DNA of 64,000 bases from an uncultured Nitrospinota bacterium (GTDB lineage Bacteria; Tectomicrobia; Entotheonellia; J063; CAVPRW01): positions 32,001 to 96,000 of the forward strand of contig CAVPRW010000034.1 of the NCBI GenBank assembly GCA_963707985.1, written 5' to 3'. Shown here piece by piece: positions 8,475-19,924 of the stretch. The translations under genes were made by a program, and so were the position numbers. Under the pieces are notes generated by a model. It was given only the letters and a program-made list of their open reading frames with translations, did not search any database and was not told the origin of the DNA. The stretch's first letter is position 1, and each line of letters starts with the position of its first letter.

Positions 8475-9521
8475 GTGAGATTCATTGGGATAAGTTTATT
8501 ACGTCTCGGGTTCGTCCTCTTAGCTGCATTCTTAGGCTATCACATTGGTGCCCCACAGATTGCCAATATGGAGTTCTCGTGGCTTGGTACGATGATCGGC
8601 ATCGCACTTGCTGCTGGAATCATTGCGATCGAACGGGGAGCCCAGAAGATTCCGCCCAAGGTTCTGCTTGGTGGGCTTCTAGGTTTAATTGTATCGCTTC
8701 TGCTGGGACACCTTCTAACGATGTCCCTACTATCCATCCCCTCGATTGGGGACTCGGAAAACATTGCGTTGCAAGGTTTGGTCCACGCAGGTCTGGCCTA
8801 TATTGGTCTGGTGCTGGGGGCTCGTAAAGGTGCAGCGTTTGACCTGACCGAATATAAGAAGCTGTTCAGGGGCGAGGCGAAGGAGGAAAATCCAAAGTTG
8901 CTTGACACGAGCGTGATCATCGATGGTCGTGTCGCAGATATCTGTGAAACGGGATTTCTCGAGGGTACGCTGATTATTCCACAATTTGTCTTGCGTGAAT
9001 TACAGCAAATCGCCGACTCCTCTGATCCGATCAAGCGCAACCGCGGACGACGCGGATTAGATATTCTCCAGCGCATTCAACGCAGTGTGGATGTACAGGT
9101 TAAGATCATCGAGCAGGATTTCCCAAAGATCCGTGATGTTGATTCCAAGTTGGTGGCATTGGGAAAGCAATTGGGAGCTAAGATTCTGACGAATGACTTC
9201 AACCTCAACAAAGTGGCAGAGTTGCAAGGGGTGCCTGTGTTAAACGTCAATCAGCTCGCCAATGCGGTCAGACCCGTTGTGTTGCCAGGCGAACTGATGC
9301 ATGTTCACATTCTGAAAGAGGGAAAAGAGTACGGTCAGGGCGTAGCCTATCTCGACGACGGCACCATGGTGGTCGTCGATAGCGCCCGCAAATATGTCGG
9401 GAAGAATGTCGATGTAGCGGTCACGAGCGTTCTGCAGACCACTGCTGGGCGCATGATTTTCACCCGTTTAAAGGATGACTTAGACCGCGAGGAAAGCCTA
9501 GAGAGCAAGGTGGGGCGATGA
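8475..9521 (+). CDS. Membrane-anchored PIN + TRAM domain protein (YacL-like)
   Basis: 4 TM segments, LLDTSVIIDGR PIN motif, RGRRGLDIL, GVAYLDDGTMVVV TRAM; conserved radA-yacL-ispD context; start GTG 8475 or ATT 8484. Confidence 0.9.
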   Translation: MRFIGISLLRLGFVLLAAFLGYHIGAPQIANMEFSWLGTMIGIALAAGIIAIERGAQKIPPKVLLGGLLGLIVSLLLGHLLTMSLLSIPSIGDSENIALQGLVHAGLAYIGLVLGARKGAAFDLTEYKKLFRGEAKEENPKLLDTSVIIDGRVADICETGFLEGTLIIPQFVLRELQQIADSSDPIKRNRGRRGLDILQRIQRSVDVQVKIIEQDFPKIRDVDSKLVALGKQLGAKILTNDFNLNKVAELQGVPVLNVNQLANAVRPVVLPGELMHVHILKEGKEYGQGVAYLDDGTMVVVDSARKYVGKNVDVAVTSVLQTTAGRMIFTRLKDDLDREESLESKVGR

Positions 9522-10246
9522 TCACTGCTGCCTTGATCGCCGCGGCGGGACGAGGCCAGCGGGTGGGGTACGACGTTGAGAAGCAATTTCTGCAACTCAG
9601 AGGTAAACCCCTGCTCGCCTACACGCTAGCTGGGTTTGAGGCGACGCCGACTATCGACCGCATCGTATTAATTGTCCCGGCGGGACGTGAAACTTTTTGT
9701 TACCATGAAATTGTCACACCTGGGGGGATGCGAAAAGTCACTCACATCGTGGCTGGCGGAGAGACACGCCAGCGTTCGGTTATGGCTGGCTTTAGTTGTC
9801 TTGATCAGGATGTTGATATCGTTGTCATCCATGATGGTGCACGACCGTTTGTCACTCCATCGCTAATTCGAACGGCAGTTGATGCTGCTTTAGCGGACGG
9901 TAGCGCGGTGGCTGCGATCCCAGAATCAGATACCCTAAAGCGCGTCTCAGGTGTGGGCACCATCATCGAAACGGTGGATCGGCGGAACCTGTGGAGAGCG
10001 CAGACGCCGCAGGCGTTCCGTCGTACAATTTTGCAACAGGCGTTCGCGTATGCCGCAGAGCACAACCTCGATACGACCGATGAAGCCTCATTAATCGAGT
10101 GGCTGTCATGGCCAGTGCGAATTTTCCCAGGATCCGTCTGGAATTTCAAGATCACCTCCCCTGATGATCTGCTGTTGGCGGAGTTGCTATTGGGCCACCA
10201 TGCCAAGCTAGGCTATCCGATTGGGAACGCTCGGGAGCACCAGTGA
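9518..10246 (+). CDS. ispD: 2-C-methyl-D-erythritol 4-phosphate cytidylyltransferase
   Basis: AAGRGQR, KQF, IHDGARP, AQTPQAF, NFKIT. Confidence 0.95.
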   Translation: MITAALIAAAGRGQRVGYDVEKQFLQLRGKPLLAYTLAGFEATPTIDRIVLIVPAGRETFCYHEIVTPGGMRKVTHIVAGGETRQRSVMAGFSCLDQDVDIVVIHDGARPFVTPSLIRTAVDAALADGSAVAAIPESDTLKRVSGVGTIIETVDRRNLWRAQTPQAFRRTILQQAFAYAAEHNLDTTDEASLIEWLSWPVRIFPGSVWNFKITSPDDLLLAELLLGHHAKLGYPIGNAREHQ

Positions 10247-10722
10247 GAATCGGCATTGGATACGATATACATCGGCTGGTGAATGGACGTCCACTCATTC
10301 TGGGCGGGGTGAGGATAGATTCAGAGTGTGGCCTTGAAGGGCACTCTGATGCGGATGTGCTGTTGCATGCCATCAGTGATGCATTGTTGGGTGCACTGGC
10401 GTTGGGAGACCTCGGCCATCATTTTCCGGATTCAGACCCACGCTATCGGGGGATTGCTAGTGTAAAGCTTCTCGAAAAAGTTATCGAGATGGTGCAAGAC
10501 CAGAACTACAGGCTTCACAACCTGGATGCTGTGGTGATCGCTCAAAAACCTCGCCTCGCCACATACATCCCCGCGATTCGGAAGAATGTCGCCGACATAC
10601 TCGCTACGGATCTCGGAGCAATCAGCGTCAAGGCGAAGACCGCTGAGAGCCTAGGAGCCCTTGGCCGTAGTGAAGGCATTGCCGTGCACGCCGTATGTCT
10701 TATCACTCAGGGTAGTTGTTAG
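10243..10722 (+). CDS. ispF: MECDP synthase
   Basis: RIGIGYDIH, GHSDADV, DALLGA. Confidence 0.96.
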   Translation: MRIGIGYDIHRLVNGRPLILGGVRIDSECGLEGHSDADVLLHAISDALLGALALGDLGHHFPDSDPRYRGIASVKLLEKVIEMVQDQNYRLHNLDAVVIAQKPRLATYIPAIRKNVADILATDLGAISVKAKTAESLGALGRSEGIAVHAVCLITQGSC

Positions 10723-10725
10723 CCC

Positions 10726-11577
10726 ATGCACCATCATAAGCTTCGTCCCAATCATGCCTCGGCCTCCGCTGTCCCTCGCTCCAGCCCACGAGGCGACCAT
10801 CATGTACTTTGCGGGATTCATGCGATTCAGGAAGCATTGCGCATGGGGACCCGGCGGATTGAGAGCATCTGGATGGCCGAGGGGAAGGAGGGAAAGCGTC
10901 TGCAACAGGTGAAGGCACTCGCGGCGGCGCGTCGGACGCCGATCGAAATTGTTGCTGATACTCGGTTGCTGGAAGTGGCAGGGACAGCGGTGCACCAGGG
11001 CATCGTTGCGTTCGTGGCATCGCCACCCCTACTGACCTTGGACGAATTGACCTCGCGACTTGCACTCCAAACCCCGATCCCGCACCTCGCTGCCCTGGAT
11101 GGGGTAAAAGACCCACGTAATCTAGGGGCGATAATCCGTTCAGCCGCGGCGTTTGGCATAGGGGGGATGATCGTGCCTGCACGACGCGCCGTCGGCATTA
11201 CGGCAACCGTTACGAAGGCCGCCGCGGGTGGGCTTGAACATGTTGGCGTGGCCGAGGTTGCCAATCTCTCCCAGAGTCTTGAACGACTGAAACGCCTGGG
11301 ATTTTGGATCGTGGGCACCGATGAGCAAGCCGAGATCTCGTGTCGGACATTCGCGTTTCCCTCACCACTTGTACTTGTCCTGGGCGACGAGGGTTCCGGC
11401 ATCAGTCCGCTGGTCAAGCGCCACTGTGATGCACTGGTAAGCATTCCTGTGCATGGGCCACTGCGCTCACTCAATGTTGCGGTGGCGGCTGCCGTGCTAT
11501 TTTATGAAGTGATGGGACGCGCGCTTCGACAAGGTGTCCTATCCGCCATACCTGATCCCAAAACGTCATCCCTGTAG
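10726..11577 (+). CDS. rlmB: 23S rRNA G2251 2'-O-methyltransferase (TrmH/SpoU family)
   Basis: HQGIVA, DPRNLGAIIRSA, LGDEGSGI, SLNVAVA. Confidence 0.88.
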   Translation: MHHHKLRPNHASASAVPRSSPRGDHHVLCGIHAIQEALRMGTRRIESIWMAEGKEGKRLQQVKALAAARRTPIEIVADTRLLEVAGTAVHQGIVAFVASPPLLTLDELTSRLALQTPIPHLAALDGVKDPRNLGAIIRSAAAFGIGGMIVPARRAVGITATVTKAAAGGLEHVGVAEVANLSQSLERLKRLGFWIVGTDEQAEISCRTFAFPSPLVLVLGDEGSGISPLVKRHCDALVSIPVHGPLRSLNVAVAAAVLFYEVMGRALRQGVLSAIPDPKTSSL

Positions 11578-11845
11578 CTTTTTGGCATCGTTTGTGGTAT
11601 AAGTATCGCTACGCTGCCGCTGGGGTTTGTGCTAGAACCTGTGTCTGCGTAGCACTGAGCTGCCTGCCGATCATTGAGATCCCGGCTGATGCCTGTGAAC
11701 GTTGGAGTGCAGCGTGGACTCGCCAGACTAGGTCCTATGCTCGCCAGATCAAGACGTTTCCCGAGAGAGGCATGCCCATGCATTCGGTGGCGACCATGTA
11801 TCCTCTGGGCGGCTTGAGCCCGTGTTTTCGTCATCAAAATTATGC

Positions 11846-11874
11846 TTGACGTTGGAGACACCCAAGCGTATACT
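11846..11874 (+). promoter_or_regulatory. Sigma70 promoter of tRNA cluster
   Basis: TTGACG-N17-TATACT, 16 nt before tRNA-Thr. Confidence 0.8.
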
Positions 11875-11890
11875 AGCGAGTTCGCGCTGG

Positions 11891-11962
11891 GCTGGCGTAG
11901 CTCAGGGGTAGAGCAGCTGATTTGTAATCAGCCGGTCGGGGGTTCAAATCCCTTCGCCAGCT
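11891..11962 (+). tRNA. tRNA-Thr(UGU)
   Basis: Acceptor GCTGGCG/CGCCAGC, anticodon arm gctga-tt-TGT-aa-tcagc, GGTTCAAATCC; CCA not encoded. Confidence 0.95.
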
Positions 11963-12041
11963 CTGGTCTTACATGTGTTCCCCTGCATGCTATCGACCCG
12001 CATTTATTACTGGGTGCAAGCTGCCAATTCACCACAGACTG

Positions 12042-12124
12042 GGGGAGGTGCCCGAGCGGCCAAAGGGAGCAGACTGTAAATCTGCCGGCGTACGCCTACG
12101 GAGGTTCGAATCCTCCCCTCCCCA
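12042..12124 (+). tRNA. tRNA-Tyr(GUA)
   Basis: Acceptor GGGGAGG/CCTCCCC, gcaga-ct-GTA-aa-tctgc, long variable arm. Confidence 0.95.
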
Positions 12125-12204
12125 CTGGTTAGCACGGGGCCTATAGGTCGGAAGTCATCAGGGAACCGTAGGTGGTTTTAGCCCGGCACGGCTAGGAGGC
12201 CAGG

Positions 12205-12280
<76 letters not shown>

Positions 12281-12302
12281 ATCCGTGCAGCTTATATCAT
12301 TG

Positions 12303-12375
<73 letters not shown>

Positions 12376-12498
12376 CTGGTCGCGTACATAATCGTACGCG
12401 AGGTAGGTTGTCTAGTGTCTGAATCTGGCCGTGTGTATAGACCGGGCCGGTGAGATCGAGTTTAAGAGCCCAATGTCAGCAGAGATCGAGAGCGAGCC

Positions 12499-12648
12499 AT
12501 GCGGGACATCATAACGTTAGCGTGTAACACCTGTCGACAGCGTAATTATTCCACCATGAAAAATAAACGCACGACCCCCGACCGATTGGAGCGCAAGAAA
12601 TATTGTCGTTTCTGCCGAAAGCATACAGCTCATCGCGAAACACGGTGA
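12499..12648 (+). CDS. rpmG: 50S ribosomal protein L33 (zinc-ribbon form)
   Basis: Own translation [49 protein letters not shown] (49 aa, below ORF-track cutoff). Confidence 0.96.
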   Translation: MRDIITLACNTCRQRNYSTMKNKRTTPDRLERKKYCRFCRKHTAHRETR

Positions 12649-12711
12649 CGTAGAGAGCTTTTGCCTGTTGCAGAACGAATAATGAGAGGTGTTGTCTCAT
12701 GGCCACGACAG

Positions 12712-12785
12712 GGGCCAGTAGCTCGAACGGCTAGAGCACCGGACTCCAAATCCGGGGGTTGGGGGTTCAAATCCCTCCTGGCCTG
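12712..12785 (+). tRNA. tRNA-Trp(CCA)
   Basis: ccgga-ct-CCA-aa-tccgg anticodon arm, GGTTCAAATCC; canonical position between rpmG and secE. Confidence 0.94.
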
Positions 12786-12844
12786 CTTTTCTCATGTGTC
12801 CATGACGACTGAGGTATGCTACGCTCACTGGTGAGCAACGTCCT

Positions 12845-13039
12845 ATGCGAGAATATGTTGCGCGGGTGACCACTTTTTTGCAGGACGTCCAGGCGGAAAC
12901 GAAGAAAGTCACCTGGCCAAGCCAGAGAGACGTCATGGGCTCCACGCTGGTAGTTATTGTGGCGGTTTTTGTCATCGCTGGTTTCCTCGGAATTATCGAT
13001 TTTATCCTGTCGCTGCTCATCGGCGCACTCATCAAGTGA
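12845..13039 (+). CDS. secE: Preprotein translocase SecE
   Basis: ETKKVTWP motif + single TM. Confidence 0.95.
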   Translation: MREYVARVTTFLQDVQAETKKVTWPSQRDVMGSTLVVIVAVFVIAGFLGIIDFILSLLIGALIK

Positions 13040-13119
13040 CTCCTTCTCATTGACGGCCTCAGCACCGAGAAGAGGTTGCAAGGTATAGCCTTTTAGGCTT
13101 TAACGTGGGTCATACGCGT

Positions 13120-13647
13120 ATGGCGCTGCATTGGTACGTGATTCATACCTACTCAGGCTATGAGGATAAGGTAAAAGCTAGTATTGAAGAGCAGTTCAAG
13201 GCAAAAGGGCTCTCGTCTGCGGTCGGGGAACTGCGCATCCCCACAGAGGATGTTGTCGAAGTGAAAGCTGGTAAGAAGCGCGTCTCGAAGCGAAAATTCT
13301 TCCCTGGCTACCTCCTGATCCAGATGGAAATGAATGATGAGACGTGGTATCTGATTAAAAGCACGCCTAAGGTGACGGGGTTTCTTGGCGGTAATACTCC
13401 GACCCCCTTGACAGAGGCGGAGGTGGAAGAGATTTTAAAGACAGAAACGGCCGAGCCAACGACCCCCAAGCCTAAGGTGCTTTTTGAGGCCGGGGAGAAT
13501 GTCCGGGTTATTGAGGGGCCATTCACGAATTTCACTGGAGTGATCGATGAAGTGAACCTCGAACGCGGCAAATTACGCGTGATGGTGAGCATTTTCGGTC
13601 GGGCTACTCCTGTCGAATTGGACTTCCTACAGGTCGAGAAGATTTAA
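13120..13647 (+). CDS. nusG: Transcription factor NusG
   Basis: WYVIHTYSGYE, FFPGY, KOW ending FGRATPVEL. Confidence 0.97.
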   Translation: MALHWYVIHTYSGYEDKVKASIEEQFKAKGLSSAVGELRIPTEDVVEVKAGKKRVSKRKFFPGYLLIQMEMNDETWYLIKSTPKVTGFLGGNTPTPLTEAEVEEILKTETAEPTTPKPKVLFEAGENVRVIEGPFTNFTGVIDEVNLERGKLRVMVSIFGRATPVELDFLQVEKI

Positions 13648-13656
13648 GGGGGCTCC

Positions 13657-14082
13657 ATGGCAAAAGAAGTCATGGCATCGGTCAAACTCCAACTATCAGC
13701 CGGGGTGGCAAATCCCTCACCTCCCGTGGGGCCTGCTCTGGGTCAACACGGTGTGAACATTATGGAATTTTGTAAAGCCTTCAATGCCCAGACGAAAGGC
13801 CAAGAAGGTACTATTGTACCGGTGGTGGTGACCATCTTCACGGACCGCTCCTTTACCTTTATTACGAAATCCCCACCAGCGCCTGTCTTGTTGAAAAAGG
13901 CTGCTGGTATCGCCAAAGGCTCAGCGGAGCCGAATCGCAGTCGAGTGGGGCAGGTCAGCCGTGAGCAGATCCGCGAAATTGCCCAATTGAAGGGGAAAGA
14001 CCTCAATAGTTATGATCTTGAAGCCGCGATGAAAACGATCGAGGGAACCGCTCGGAGTATGGGGATCGAGGTCATCCCCTAA
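13657..14082 (+). CDS. rplK: 50S ribosomal protein L11
   Basis: [24 protein letters not shown]. Confidence 0.98.
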   Translation: MAKEVMASVKLQLSAGVANPSPPVGPALGQHGVNIMEFCKAFNAQTKGQEGTIVPVVVTIFTDRSFTFITKSPPAPVLLKKAAGIAKGSAEPNRSRVGQVSREQIREIAQLKGKDLNSYDLEAAMKTIEGTARSMGIEVIP

Positions 14083-14105
14083 GGCTGATTGTGAGGGAGA
14101 TAATC

Positions 14106-14813
14106 ATGCCGGATTATGGCAAGAGATACGCGACCGCTAGAAGTCTCGTCGACCGCACGAAACGTTATGATCTTCCTGAGGCCCTATCGCTGGTGAAAAA
14201 AATCCACCCGGCGAAGTTTGACGAGACAGTGGAGATGGCGGTACGTCTAGGGGTCGATCCGCGCCATGCGGATCAGATGATCCGCGGAAGCGTGGTAATG
14301 CCGCACGGCATTGGAAAAGTGCCTCGGGTATTAGTCTTTGCCAAGGGTGAAAAAGAAAAAGAGGCGCTAGAGGCCGGTGCGGATCACGTGGGAGCTGAAG
14401 ATTTAGTCACCAAAATCCAGCAAGAGGGATGGCTGGAATTCGACCGCGCTGTAGCAACGCCGGATATGATGAGCCTAGTTGGTCGTTTGGGTAGGCTCCT
14501 GGGGCCGCGTGGGCTGATGCCAAACCCCAAGTCTGGCACCGTTACGTTTGAGGTCGGGCGTGTGGTGCGGGAGATCAAGGCGGGCAAGGTCGAATTTCGG
14601 GTCGATAAGGCAGGCATCATTCATGCTCCAGTTGGGAAGGTCAGTTTCGCTGATGATGCCCTAGTAGAGAACGCTCGCGCCATCATCGATACGCTGATTC
14701 GATTGAAGCCGGCATCGAGCAAAGGCCAGTATATTCGAGGCATTGCCATATCGTCAACGATGGGCCCAGGTGTCAAGGTCGACCCGACACAAGCCGCCGC
14801 CACACCGCGATAG
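14106..14813 (+). CDS. rplA: 50S ribosomal protein L1
   Basis: [24 protein letters not shown]. Confidence 0.98.
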   Translation: MPDYGKRYATARSLVDRTKRYDLPEALSLVKKIHPAKFDETVEMAVRLGVDPRHADQMIRGSVVMPHGIGKVPRVLVFAKGEKEKEALEAGADHVGAEDLVTKIQQEGWLEFDRAVATPDMMSLVGRLGRLLGPRGLMPNPKSGTVTFEVGRVVREIKAGKVEFRVDKAGIIHAPVGKVSFADDALVENARAIIDTLIRLKPASSKGQYIRGIAISSTMGPGVKVDPTQAAATPR

Positions 14814-14835
14814 TTAAGTCCGGAGGTAGGGGAGC

Positions 14836-15372
14836 GTGGGAGAAGGTACACGAGTCAAGTCAGAAAAGATAGAAGCCGTGACTGAATTGCACGAAAAGTT
14901 GGCCCGTGCAGTCTCGGCGGTGTTGGCAGACTTTCGCGGTCTTACAGTACAAGAGATCACAGACCTGCGGCAGCAGTTACGGGAAGCATCCCTCGAATTA
15001 GCAGTCGTGAAAAATACGTTAGCACGCCTTGCAGTCCAGGAAACAGCGTTTGAGAGATTATCGCCGTACCTAAAGGGCCCGACGTCTATCACCTTTAGCT
15101 ATCGCGACAGCGTAGCACCAGCGAAGGTCCTTAGCGCCTATGTCAGGAAGCAGCCGAAGTTGGTGGTGCGAGCCGGATTGTTCGAAGGAGAGCTCGTCCC
15201 TGCCGAGAAGATTGCCGAGATCGCCGATTTACCGCCACGTGACGTGATACTCGCACAGGCACTGGCCGCCATGCAAGGCCCGCTGGCTGGTCTGGTGGGG
15301 ACATTACAGGGTGTTTTAAGCACTTTTATCGGAACCCTGCAAGCCATACACGACAAGAAAGCGCAAGGGTAG
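14836..15372 (+). CDS. rplJ: 50S ribosomal protein L10
   Basis: DFRGLTV, VVKNTL; SD GGAGGT before GTG. Confidence 0.96.
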   Translation: MGEGTRVKSEKIEAVTELHEKLARAVSAVLADFRGLTVQEITDLRQQLREASLELAVVKNTLARLAVQETAFERLSPYLKGPTSITFSYRDSVAPAKVLSAYVRKQPKLVVRAGLFEGELVPAEKIAEIADLPPRDVILAQALAAMQGPLAGLVGTLQGVLSTFIGTLQAIHDKKAQG

Positions 15373-15381
15373 GAGGAAATC

Positions 15382-15762
15382 ATGCCCGACATCACACGGG
15401 AGGATGTGGTCACTTTTATCGAAAATATGACCGTCTTGGAGCTGTCACAGTTCGTCAAAGACCTCCAGGAGCGATTCGGCGTCTCAGCTGCAATGCCGAT
15501 GGCTATGCCACAGGGGGGAGGAGCCACCGCCGAAGCACCGCAAGAGGAAAAAACCGAATTCGACGTCGTTCTCAGCGGCGCCGGCGACAAGAAGATTCAG
15601 GTCATTAAAGTAGTGCGAGCCATTACGGGCTTGGGATTAAAGGAGGCTAAAGACCTCGTTGACGGAGCACCCAAACCAGTCAAAGAGAAGATCAGCAAAG
15701 ATGAAGCCGACGAACTGAAAAAACAGCTTGAAGAGGTTGGCGCCGCAGTCGAGATCAAGTGA
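15382..15762 (+). CDS. rplL: 50S ribosomal protein L7/L12
   Basis: [26 protein letters not shown]. Confidence 0.98.
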   Translation: MPDITREDVVTFIENMTVLELSQFVKDLQERFGVSAAMPMAMPQGGGATAEAPQEEKTEFDVVLSGAGDKKIQVIKVVRAITGLGLKEAKDLVDGAPKPVKEKISKDEADELKKQLEEVGAAVEIK

Positions 15763-15774
15763 GAGGTGACCAGC

Positions 15775-18700
15775 ATGGCGAAGGTGGACGTTTCGCTGGA
15801 TCTTAACAAACATCGGCAGCGCAAGGATTATGCCAGAATCTCCACCGTCATCAATATTCCCAACTTGATCGAGGTGCAGAAAGATTCGTACACCCGGTTC
15901 CTGCAAAAAGATCGGCACCCGAAGCAACGGGAAGATCGAGGCTTGGAGTCGGTGTTCCGCAGCATCTTCCCGATCAGTGACTTTAACGAAGTGGCGTTCC
16001 TCGAATATGTCGGCTACGAAATCGGAACGTGGGAATGTGACTGCGGCGAATACAAAAGTCTGGGCGGCGAAGGCGTAGAATGCGAAAAATGCGGGAAGAA
16101 CCTTCTCTATAAAGAGAAATATGATATGGAAGAATGCCGCCAACGCGGCATGACGTATGCTGATCCGTTGCGCATCATGGTCCAACTCGTGGTCTCAGAA
16201 CGGGATGAGGAAACCAGCGAGATTCGCATTCGCGATGTCAAAGAGCAAAAGGTGTACCTGGGGGAAATTCCCCTGATGACGGACAAGGGCACGTTCATCA
16301 TCAATGGTACCGAGCGTGTCATCGTCAGTCAGCTCCACCGCTCTCCCGGTGTTTTCTTCAACGCTGAGAAAGTCCGCGGGGCGAGCGGGAATGTGATGTA
16401 TTCAGCACGCATCATCCCCTACCGCGGCTCGTGGCTGGATTTCGAGTTCGATAGTAAGGGAACGTTGTTTGCCCGCATCGATCGACGCCGGAAACTTCCC
16501 GTGACGATCCTGTTACAAGCCCTGGGCTACAGCAGTGAGCAAGTCCTGAGGGCCTTCTACCCCATCGAACATGTGGTGTACGAGACCGCCCGCGGGGTGT
16601 TTGAGAAACGCGTTTCGGAGTTATTAACCGGGCAGACGCCATCGGAAGATATCGTCGATCCGAAGAGCGGCGAGATGATTGTCAAAGCCGATCGCAAAAT
16701 CTCCAGGGCGGCGGCAAAGCGCCTGACGTCAGCAGGACTCGAGACAGTGCCGATTGGTACGGACGAACTGTTAGGTAAATATTTAGCTCATGATGTGATC
16801 GACGAGACCACGGGTGAGGTGGTAGTGGCGATCAATGAGGAGGTCACCCCTGACGTCCTAGATAAAATTCGTCTCAAAGGGATTCGAGAGTTCTCCCTTC
16901 TGTACATGGAAAACCCGCGGTTAGACACCTGTCTGCGTGACACAGTAGCCAGCGATAAATCGCGCACGCAAGAGGAAGCATTGCTGGAGATCTACCGGCG
17001 ATTACGACCGGGTGACCCACCGACGAAAGAGACGGCGAAAGCGCTTTTCGAGAACTTATTCTTTAACGCCAAACGCTACGACCTCTCAGAAATCGGACGC
17101 TGGAAGCTGAACCATAAGCTACAAGAAACGTTCGACAAGCTCGAGCTGACCTTACCCCCGGCAGAGCATCGAACCTTAACTGAGGCTGATATTGTGGCCG
17201 TGATTGGCTATCTCCTTGACCTTCGCAAGGGGCGCGGGACAGTCGACGATATCGACCATCTCGGGAACCGGCGCGTGCGATCAGTCGGAGAACTCCTGGA
17301 AAACCAATTTCGTATCGGTTTGATCCGCATGGAGCGTGCCATTCGCGAGCGCATGAGCATTCATGACCTCGACCAAGTGATGCCACACGACCTCATCAGC
17401 TTCAAGCCGGTGTCGGCGGCAATCAAGGAATTCTTTGGCAGCAGTCAGCTATCGCAGTTCATGGATCAGACCAATCCGCTTTCGGAGCTGACCCATAAAC
17501 GCCGCCTCAGCGCTTTGGGCCCAGGAGGTTTGACACGTGATCGTGCGGGGTTCGAGGTGCGTGATGTTCATCCCACGCACTATGGGCGGATCTGTCCGAT
17601 CGAAACCCCTGAAGGGCCGAATATCGGCCTTATTGCGTCGCTCAGTACCTATGCACGTGTCAACAAATTGGGGTTTATCGAATCACCTTATCGCAAAGTA
17701 CGGGGTGGGCGAGTCACCGATGAAGTCGACTTTTTATCAGCCGTCGAAGAAGATCGATACGTCATCGCTCAAGCCAGCGCTGAACTCGACTCTGACGGGC
17801 GGTTTGCCCGTGACATCGTTCCAGCTCGCAAGGGCAGCGAATTCTTGTTGGTGCCAGTGGATGAAATCGATTACATGGATGTGTCGCCGAAACAGCTTGT
17901 CAGCGTCGCCGCATCGCTTATTCCCTTTCTAGAGAATGATGATGCGAACCGCGCCTTGATGGGTTCCAACATGCAGCGACAGGCGGTCCCCTTGCTGTGT
18001 ACGGAAGCCCCATTGATTGGGACCGGAATGGAGTACATCGCAGCCCGAGATTCCGGGGCTGTACTGGTCGCCAGACATCCTGGTACAGTAGTCAGCGTTG
18101 ATGCCACGCGCATCGTGGTGCGAGCCGAGCCGCCCAGCGACACACAACGCCTGGAAGCTAAGGTTGACATCTATAACCTGACCAAATTTCAGCGGTCGAA
18201 CCAGAACACCTGCATCAACCAAAAGCCCGTGGTTCATGTGGGAGACCGAGTGGAATGTGGTGAGGCCATCGCCGATGGGCCTGCCACCGATGCTGGCGAA
18301 TTGGCCTTGGGACAAAACGTGCTAGTGGCCTTCATGCCTTGGGGGGGCTATAACTTCGAAGACGCTATCGTCGTCAGCGAGCGATTGGTGAAGCGTGACC
18401 GCTTTACCTCCATCCATATCGAGGAGTTCGAGGTTGAAGCCCGAGATACGAAGCAAGGCAAAGAAGAAATCACTCGCGATATCCCCAACGTGGGTGAAGA
18501 GGCGCTTAAAGATCTCGATGAAAGCGGTATTATCCGCATTGGGGCCAAGGTAAAACCGGGCGACTACTTGGTCGGAAAGGTTACGCCTAAGGGAGAGACA
18601 CAACTTAGTCCTGAGGAAAAGCTGCTGAAGGCGATCTTCGGTGAGAAGGCTGGCGACGTGCGGGACACATCCTTAACCGTGCCTCCTGGTGTGGAAGGGA

Positions 18701-19866
18701 CTGTAGTGGGCGTCCGAGTGTTTTCCCGCAAGGGACTCGATAAAGATCTTCGGGCGCGAGCTATCGAAGACGAGGAGGTGCGACGTATCGAGAAAGATTC
18801 TGCAGAGGAGCGGCAGATCCTAGAGAGTGAGCGTGACCAGCGCATTCGAGAACTGCTCGTGGGACAAAGAGTCGGCCAAGAGGTGCGCGATCCCGAAACT
18901 GGGGTGGTATTCCTCAAGAAGGGGGCGACCTTGACCTCCGACATCCTGGCACGTTTCGTGGGCTGGGCACTGTTGGATTTGCCTCTTGCTGAGCGCGATG
19001 GCCCCGTCAGTGCCGTCGAAACGTTATGGGAACGTGTACGCGATCAGGTCCAGCGCTTGCAGGATCTTTGTGAGGAGAAAACCTCCAAGGTTCGCAAGGG
19101 AGATGAACTCCCACCCGGGGTGCTAAAGCTGGTGAAGGTGTATATCTCCATGAAGCGGAAGCTGTCTGTTGGCGACAAAATGGCCGGCCGCCATGGCAAT
19201 AAGGGTGTGGTCTCAGTGATCGTTCCCGAAGAGGATATGCCACGAATGGCCGACGGCACCCCAGTCGACCTAATTCTCAACCCTCTGGGGGTGCCTTCGC
19301 GGATGAACGTTGGGCAAATTCTCGAATCCCATCTGGGTTGGGCCGCCGAACATCTGGGACTGTACATTGCCTCTCCGGTTTTTGATGGGGCTCGCGAGGA
19401 GGACATTAAGCAACTGCTCGCTGAAGCGGGATTGCCACAGACAGGGAATACGATTCTGTATGACGGCAAGACCGGTGAGCCGTTCGATCAGAAAGTGACG
19501 GTAGGCTATATTTATATGATGAAGCTGCATCACCTGGTTGATGATAAAATTCACGCTCGTTCCACGGGTCCATACTCTCTTGTCACACAGCAGCCACTGG
19601 GAGGCAAAGCGCAGTTTGGCGGACAACGTTTGGGTGAAATGGAAGTTTGGGCGCTCGAAGCCTATGGGGCCGCATATACCTTACAAGAGATGTTGACCGT
19701 TAAATCCGACGATGTGGCTGGGCGCACCCGTATGTATGAAGCGATCGTGAAAGGTGACAATACCCTCGACGCCAGCCTACCAGAGTCGTTCAATGTTCTG
19801 GTCAAGGAACTGCAGAGCCTTTGCCTTGACGTTGAATTGATCAAGAGCGACGGACAGGCCCATTAA
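15775..19866 (+). CDS. rpoB: RNA polymerase beta subunit (with N-terminal zinc-ribbon insert)
   Basis: [46 protein letters not shown]. Confidence 0.99.
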   Translation: MAKVDVSLDLNKHRQRKDYARISTVINIPNLIEVQKDSYTRFLQKDRHPKQREDRGLESVFRSIFPISDFNEVAFLEYVGYEIGTWECDCGEYKSLGGEGVECEKCGKNLLYKEKYDMEECRQRGMTYADPLRIMVQLVVSERDEETSEIRIRDVKEQKVYLGEIPLMTDKGTFIINGTERVIVSQLHRSPGVFFNAEKVRGASGNVMYSARIIPYRGSWLDFEFDSKGTLFARIDRRRKLPVTILLQALGYSSEQVLRAFYPIEHVVYETARGVFEKRVSELLTGQTPSEDIVDPKSGEMIVKADRKISRAAAKRLTSAGLETVPIGTDELLGKYLAHDVIDETTGEVVVAINEEVTPDVLDKIRLKGIREFSLLYMENPRLDTCLRDTVASDKSRTQEEALLEIYRRLRPGDPPTKETAKALFENLFFNAKRYDLSEIGRWKLNHKLQETFDKLELTLPPAEHRTLTEADIVAVIGYLLDLRKGRGTVDDIDHLGNRRVRSVGELLENQFRIGLIRMERAIRERMSIHDLDQVMPHDLISFKPVSAAIKEFFGSSQLSQFMDQTNPLSELTHKRRLSALGPGGLTRDRAGFEVRDVHPTHYGRICPIETPEGPNIGLIASLSTYARVNKLGFIESPYRKVRGGRVTDEVDFLSAVEEDRYVIAQASAELDSDGRFARDIVPARKGSEFLLVPVDEIDYMDVSPKQLVSVAASLIPFLENDDANRALMGSNMQRQAVPLLCTEAPLIGTGMEYIAARDSGAVLVARHPGTVVSVDATRIVVRAEPPSDTQRLEAKVDIYNLTKFQRSNQNTCINQKPVVHVGDRVECGEAIADGPATDAGELALGQNVLVAFMPWGGYNFEDAIVVSERLVKRDRFTSIHIEEFEVEARDTKQGKEEITRDIPNVGEEALKDLDESGIIRIGAKVKPGDYLVGKVTPKGETQLSPEEKLLKAIFGEKAGDVRDTSLTVPPGVEGTVVGVRVFSRKGLDKDLRARAIEDEEVRRIEKDSAEERQILESERDQRIRELLVGQRVGQEVRDPETGVVFLKKGATLTSDILARFVGWALLDLPLAERDGPVSAVETLWERVRDQVQRLQDLCEEKTSKVRKGDELPPGVLKLVKVYISMKRKLSVGDKMAGRHGNKGVVSVIVPEEDMPRMADGTPVDLILNPLGVPSRMNVGQILESHLGWAAEHLGLYIASPVFDGAREEDIKQLLAEAGLPQTGNTILYDGKTGEPFDQKVTVGYIYMMKLHHLVDDKIHARSTGPYSLVTQQPLGGKAQFGGQRLGEMEVWALEAYGAAYTLQEMLTVKSDDVAGRTRMYEAIVKGDNTLDASLPESFNVLVKELQSLCLDVELIKSDGQAH

Positions 19867-19924
19867 CTAATGCATTGGCGTGGTCAGGATGGTGGTCGGA
19901 GCGCTTCGCTGAGGAGGAACGGGT

